The notes beneath the pieces are model-generated. The model saw only the letters and a program-made list of their open reading frames with translations, ran no database searches and had not been told where the DNA came from. A program made the translations under genes and the position numbers. From positions 1 to 28,586 of IMG/VR virus record IMGVR_UViG_3300020042_005790: a DNA stretch of 28,586 nucleotides, one strand, 5' to 3'. This DNA comes from a virus (taxonomy: Duplodnaviria > Caudoviricetes). Positions 25,056 through 28,586 of the stretch are shown one piece after another; position 1 is the stretch's first letter; every line of letters starts with the position of its first letter.

Positions 25056-25415
25056 ATGGAAGACGAATCAGCAGAATTTATCGCAGCCTTGCTGCATTCA
25101 GGGACAGTTGCACATTTCATGCACTTGTCCACGAATTCCTATTCCCAACACAAAGCCCTTCGGCACTATTACAACGACATTATTGACCTGGTTGATAGTT
25201 ACGCCGAATGCTTCATGGGCCGCTATGAACAGTTGAAATCCTGGCCGCAAGAATTCCACAACGCCAAAAATCCCGTGGAATACTTCAGCAGCCTAAAAGA
25301 TTTTGTGGAAGACGCCCGCAAGGAACTTCCCCAAGATACGGAATTACAAAACTTGGTTGACGAAATCGCCGACCTTATCAATTCCACGTTGTATAAACTA
25401 CGATTCCTCAAATGA
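25056..25415 (+). CDS. Dps/ferritin-like four-helix-bundle protein (DUF5856-like)
   Basis: AHFMHL...YSQHKAL..YY..I.DLVDSYAE.FMG and LQNLVDEI..LINSTLYKL resemble the Dps H..HW...H...D..AE ferroxidase pattern. Confidence 0.7.
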   Translation: MEDESAEFIAALLHSGTVAHFMHLSTNSYSQHKALRHYYNDIIDLVDSYAECFMGRYEQLKSWPQEFHNAKNPVEYFSSLKDFVEDARKELPQDTELQNLVDEIADLINSTLYKLRFLK

Positions 25416-25426
25416 AAGGGAAAACC

Positions 25427-25639
25427 ATGTCAGCAATGAAGCAACCCAAGGGCTACGGCTACGGCAGCAACGCAAAAGAGCCATCCGGCGTGAAATCCAG
25501 CGACGCTGGTGGCGAACGCACCGGCATGATTAAAAACGGCATTGCAATGGGCAAAGCCGATTCTACTGGCGCCGATAAAAAGTTTGACGGCGGCCGCACC
25601 AGCGGCGTTTGCTACACACACAGCCGCGGCGGCAAGTAA
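25427..25639 (+). CDS. Small Gly/Lys-rich protein (70 aa)
   Basis: AAAGGG RBS; TAATG-coupled to the next gene. Confidence 0.6.
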   Translation: MSAMKQPKGYGYGSNAKEPSGVKSSDAGGERTGMIKNGIAMGKADSTGADKKFDGGRTSGVCYTHSRGGK

Positions 25640-26559
25640 TGGCCACCCCGCTGTCAGCAATGGCAGCGGTGCAACAGCCAGGGCAAATGCCGGTCGGGAA
25701 CCGGCTTTCCGCGCTTGCGCCGCAGCCGCAAATGGGCGACCAACCTGAAAATCCTATTACCCAGGAATATTTCGGACGGCTGCAAAACGACTACCCTGGC
25801 CTGGTGCAGCAGTACCAAGCGTTGATGGAATCGGATCAAGGGCGCACGTTAAACACCGACGTGGCCCGCGAACTGTCCGAACATTACCGCGCCGACCGAA
25901 CCAAATCGGCCGACGTGCATGAACCGTCCAGCGCGTTTGTCAAACAGTTGTATGCTGAACGGCTGGCGCAGCCGACCCCCAAAGATCGCCACCCAACCGT
26001 AGTTTTTACGGCCGGTGGCACGGGCGCGGGTAAAACCAGCGGCATGGAAATGGCCAAACAGGTTGATCCGCGTTTGGGTAAAGCCGAACTGGTGTACGAC
26101 ACAAACATGAATTCGTTTGATTCGGCCGACAAAAAGATTCGCCAGGCATTGGACGCCAAACGCAAGGTGGACATTGTTTACACCTACCGCGACCCCGTAG
26201 AAGCCCTGGTTAACGGCGCATTGGCGCGGGCCAGGCGCATGGAAGAAACAATGGGAACTGGCCGCACGGTTCCGCTTTCCGAACACATGAAAACGCATCT
26301 TGGCGCCCGCCAAGCAATTGAGCAGATTCAAAAAAAATACCGTAACAACCCCCAGGTTCAAATTCGCGTCATTGACAACAGCCGTGGCGCGGGCAAAGCC
26401 CAGTTAAGCAGCCTTGACAAGTTGCCTAAACTAAAGGAAAATGAAGTGAGGAAAGGATTACAGGATGCACTCGAACGAGCCAAAAAGTCAGGCGCCATTA
26501 GCGACGCCGTTTACCGCGGAACCGCCGATTACGCCCGCGCAGCATCGGGAAAACCGTAA
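25639..26559 (+). CDS. Zeta-toxin-like P-loop kinase with Pro/Gln-rich N-terminal extension
   Basis: VVFTAGGTGAGKTS Walker A, LVYDTNM, IVYTYRDPVEAL, and ARARR..GRTVP lid motif typical of the zeta/PezT family. Confidence 0.75.
   Translation: MATPLSAMAAVQQPGQMPVGNRLSALAPQPQMGDQPENPITQEYFGRLQNDYPGLVQQYQALMESDQGRTLNTDVARELSEHYRADRTKSADVHEPSSAFVKQLYAERLAQPTPKDRHPTVVFTAGGTGAGKTSGMEMAKQVDPRLGKAELVYDTNMNSFDSADKKIRQALDAKRKVDIVYTYRDPVEALVNGALARARRMEETMGTGRTVPLSEHMKTHLGARQAIEQIQKKYRNNPQVQIRVIDNSRGAGKAQLSSLDKLPKLKENEVRKGLQDALERAKKSGAISDAVYRGTADYARAASGKP
26404..26457 (+). promoter_or_regulatory. Internal promoter, operator-like site and RBS within the zeta-toxin-like gene
   Basis: TTGACA(26414)-17-GAAAAT(26437). 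TTAAG-CAGC-CTTGA at 26404-26417. AAAGGA 7 nt before the ATG at 26465. Confidence 0.5.
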
Positions 26560-26647
26560 GAACGAAGCCGAGGCCACCGCAATGGCCGAAGCCATTGCCC
26601 GCGCTTTAAATCAAAGCGTGATGGAAGGGAAATTGCCCAATGGCTGA
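26465..26647 (+). CDS. Small overlapping ORF (60 aa), candidate antitoxin/partner
   Basis: Good RBS. Overlaps the last 95 nt of the kinase gene, fills the gap to 26640, and has a helical C-terminal half. Confidence 0.5.
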   Translation: MHSNEPKSQAPLATPFTAEPPITPAQHRENRKNEAEATAMAEAIARALNQSVMEGKLPNG

Positions 26648-26873
26648 ACCAACGTGCCTTACGTGCGAATTTTTCCGCAACGCCCAGGTGATGGGAAGTT
26701 GCCGACGCTATCCAGCGCCGCAAAACAAACACCAAAACGATTGGTGCGGTGAATACCAAATAAAAATGATGGCGCTGCCGGTGTACGACATTATGACGGA
26801 CACCACCACAATGCCCCCCGAACGTAAAAAGCCTGGAAGGAAACCGAAAAATGGTGATAACACCGCTGCATGA
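26640..26873 (+). CDS. Cys-rich small protein with basic tail
   Basis: CLTCEFF...CRRYP...WCGEY (4 Cys) and RKKPGRKPK (AT-hook-like). Confidence 0.65.
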   Translation: MAEPTCLTCEFFRNAQVMGSCRRYPAPQNKHQNDWCGEYQIKMMALPVYDIMTDTTTMPPERKKPGRKPKNGDNTAA

Positions 26874-27111
26874 TCGTGTCCTGGTCAAGCCTATTGTCCG
26901 AAGTTTGTCGGACGTTTTGATTGTGGAAAATAGAGAAAAATTCAACGAAGGAACCGTGGTTGCCATTGGCCCCAAAGTTGGCGACGTGAAGGTTGGCGAA
27001 CGCATTAAATACGGCAACGGCACGTATTTGGATTGGCCCGTCCACAAAATCGACGGGCAAGACCATCAACTTATTCAGGAAGGCGACGTGGCTTGCGTCG
27101 TGGAGGATTAA
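26851..27111 (+). CDS. groES: GroES-like co-chaperonin
   Basis: ITPLHDRVLVK, GTVVAIGP, VKVGERIKYG and IDGQDHQLIQEGDV motifs. Confidence 0.88.
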   Translation: MVITPLHDRVLVKPIVRSLSDVLIVENREKFNEGTVVAIGPKVGDVKVGERIKYGNGTYLDWPVHKIDGQDHQLIQEGDVACVVED

Positions 27112-27113
27112 TC

Positions 27114-27278
27114 ATGGCAACAAAACCAGGGCTTTACGCCAACATTCACGCCAAACAGGAACGCATTGAACGCCAAAAGGCGGCGGGTAAACCCGTAGAG
27201 AAAATGCGAACACCTGGAAGCAAGGGTGCGCCAACAGCCGCAGCATTCAAACAATCAGCAAAGACGGCGAAAAAATAA
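27114..27278 (+). CDS. Small basic protein (54 aa)
   Basis: GGAGG RBS; KPGLYANIHAKQERI...GAPTAAAFKQSAKTAKK. Confidence 0.7.
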   Translation: MATKPGLYANIHAKQERIERQKAAGKPVEKMRTPGSKGAPTAAAFKQSAKTAKK

Positions 27279-27280
27279 TC

Positions 27281-27559
27281 ATGGCCACCAAGAAACACGA
27301 CAAGCCAATTCCCCACAAAACGACGGGCAAGGGCAAGACCTACAACCCGACGGAACAGGGGGCTGGCATGACTGCCAAAGGTCGTGCAGAATATAACCGT
27401 AAGAATAATTCGAATTTGAAACCGCCAGCACCAAACCCTAAAACAAAAGCCGACGCCGGTAGAAAAGCGTCGTTTTGCGCCAGGATGGAAGGGGTGGTTA
27501 AGAACGCGAAAGGCCCCGCGGAACGGGCTAAAGCCAGCCTAAAAAACTGGAATTGTTAA
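27281..27559 (+). CDS. Small basic protein (92 aa, DUF6321-like)
   Basis: GAGMTAKGRAEYNR...NLKPP...RKASFCARM...SLKNWNC. Confidence 0.7.
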   Translation: MATKKHDKPIPHKTTGKGKTYNPTEQGAGMTAKGRAEYNRKNNSNLKPPAPNPKTKADAGRKASFCARMEGVVKNAKGPAERAKASLKNWNC

Positions 27560-27590
27560 ACCCTTTTGGAATATATAAAGGAAATTGAAA

Positions 27591-28193
27591 ATGGCTACTA
27601 TTAACACCAAAGCAACCGGCGTCGCGTATGCCGACCCCGCGTTTGATAGCGTTCAAGTCGGTTCATCCGGCGTACCTATTGCAATCACTTCGGCTGGCGT
27701 CCTAAACGGCGCCTATGCCACCACCAGCGCAGCAAGTGGCGACACACGACTGTCCTACAACAAACTGACGTTCACCAGCACCGGTTCCGGTGAAGTTGTG
27801 CGCGGTTTTGCTGTTGTGACCGGTGCTGGCGCTGCGGCTGCTGGCACGATCAACGGCGCCCACTTCAGCACGTCAGTCAATACTGGCGGCACTATCAGCG
27901 GGGCGGCCAACGCCATTCGTGCAACGATTGGTGGTTCATCTACCAATCCTGGTGGCACTTTGGCAGCATTACAACTTGATTCTGATTTTGCAACGGGCGG
28001 CACTTGGTCAAACGCATCATTCATGCGTGTAACCAACTCAGGCACGGGCGAGGTTGGAAACTTTGCTTTGATGCCCGCGGTCAGCGCAACTGGCGTATTT
28101 CGCGCCAAGGTCGGTTCACCCGTTGTTACCCATACCATTCCCGTGGTCAGCGGCGGCACGACCTACTACATCATGGTTTCGACGGTTGCCTAA
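27591..28193 (+). CDS. Gly/Ala/Thr-rich putative structural protein (200 aa)
   Basis: AAGGA RBS; beta-rich composition; ends GTTYYIMV like short fibres. Confidence 0.6.
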   Translation: MATINTKATGVAYADPAFDSVQVGSSGVPIAITSAGVLNGAYATTSAASGDTRLSYNKLTFTSTGSGEVVRGFAVVTGAGAAAAGTINGAHFSTSVNTGGTISGAANAIRATIGGSSTNPGGTLAALQLDSDFATGGTWSNASFMRVTNSGTGEVGNFALMPAVSATGVFRAKVGSPVVTHTIPVVSGGTTYYIMVSTVA

Positions 28194-28196
28194 ACT

Positions 28197-28376
28197 ATGT
28201 TTAAGCATCCCGATCCGGAAGTGCAATTCCTGGTTGAAATGCTTGAAGGTCAACGGGATCAGGCGGTGGCCCAGGCTGCCGCCTTGTTCCGCGCCAATAA
28301 GGAATTGGAAGCAAAACTAAACGAACAAGATGAACAGGATTGCGGGGAAACCCTAAAGCCTGGCTGCAACGACTAA
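28197..28376 (+). CDS. Small coiled-coil protein (59 aa)
   Basis: Translated by hand (MFKHPDPEVQFLVEMLEGQRD...KELEAKLNE...); fills the gap between neighbours. Confidence 0.6.
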   Translation: MFKHPDPEVQFLVEMLEGQRDQAVAQAAALFRANKELEAKLNEQDEQDCGETLKPGCND

Positions 28377-28384
28377 GGAAAACC

Positions 28385-28570
28385 ATGACGATTGAACAAA
28401 TGAAAGCCCGCGTAGCCGAACTGCAACAAACAGCCAAACAGCACGAAGCCGTTTTGCTGCAAATCAGCGGCGCCATTCAGGAATACACAATGGTTATTGC
28501 CCAAGAAGAATCCAAAGCCAAGGAAGAACAAAATGCCCCTAATCAGGTCGATGACGCCCAAAGCGTTTAA
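28385..28570 (+). CDS. Small coiled-coil protein (61 aa)
   Basis: AAGGA RBS; MTIEQMKARVAELQQ...LQISGAIQE. Confidence 0.6.
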   Translation: MTIEQMKARVAELQQTAKQHEAVLLQISGAIQEYTMVIAQEESKAKEEQNAPNQVDDAQSV

Positions 28571-28586
28571 AGAAAATATCAAAACC
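28533..28586 (+). CDS. Start of a small basic protein (3'-truncated)
   Basis: AAGGA RBS; MPLIRSMTPKAFKENIKT is open to the window end. Confidence 0.5.
   Translation, partial: MPLIRSMTPKAFKENIKT

Noticed and set aside
1-28586. Alternative genetic code / stop-codon recoding
   Set aside because: Genes tile densely under the standard code using TAA and TGA stops, with no genes interrupted by in-frame stops.
1-28586. DarT-type TNTC avoidance as the cause of the CTC depletion
   Set aside because: TTTC, TGTC and TATC are common, so general TNTC avoidance does not fit; a TCTC-only effect would not explain loss of the other CTC contexts.

Overview
This window is about 28.6 kb of a tailed dsDNA phage genome with a P22-like (podovirus-type) neck and ejection module. 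The host is probably a proteobacterium (inference only). It has four blocks. (i) 1-17822 (+): virion genes, comprising small structural proteins, a long fibre, two beta-helix tailspike-like proteins, a gp4-like adaptor, a gp10-like hub, a cupin, three ejection proteins (the largest carries a lytic transglycosylase), a 3-TM holin and a peptidase M15 endolysin. (ii) 17819-21351 (-): an early operon with an SSB-like protein, YqaJ exonuclease, ERF, a lipoprotein and several small ORFs. (iii) 21508-25011 (+): Cro-like regulator, replication initiator with an internal iteron-like array, PD-(D/E)xK nuclease, NinB, Zn-ribbon and HNH-like genes. (iv) 25056-28586 (+): a Dps/ferritin-like protein, a zeta-toxin-like kinase, GroES and small basic proteins. 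No terminase, portal, major capsid, integrase, CI repressor, tRNA, CRISPR array or reverse transcriptase is visible. The most notable observations: a TTAAG-N4-CTTAA operator family over three early promoters and over a promoter hidden inside the zeta-toxin-like gene that would drive an overlapping small ORF (candidate toxin/antitoxin unit tied to the regulator); extreme strand-symmetric depletion of GAG/CTC and AGCT; a switch-like structured RNA between cro and the replication gene; a duplicated promoter-leader cassette; and a cro-only switch with a leaderless cro transcript. All family calls come from motif recognition by eye; no searches were run.
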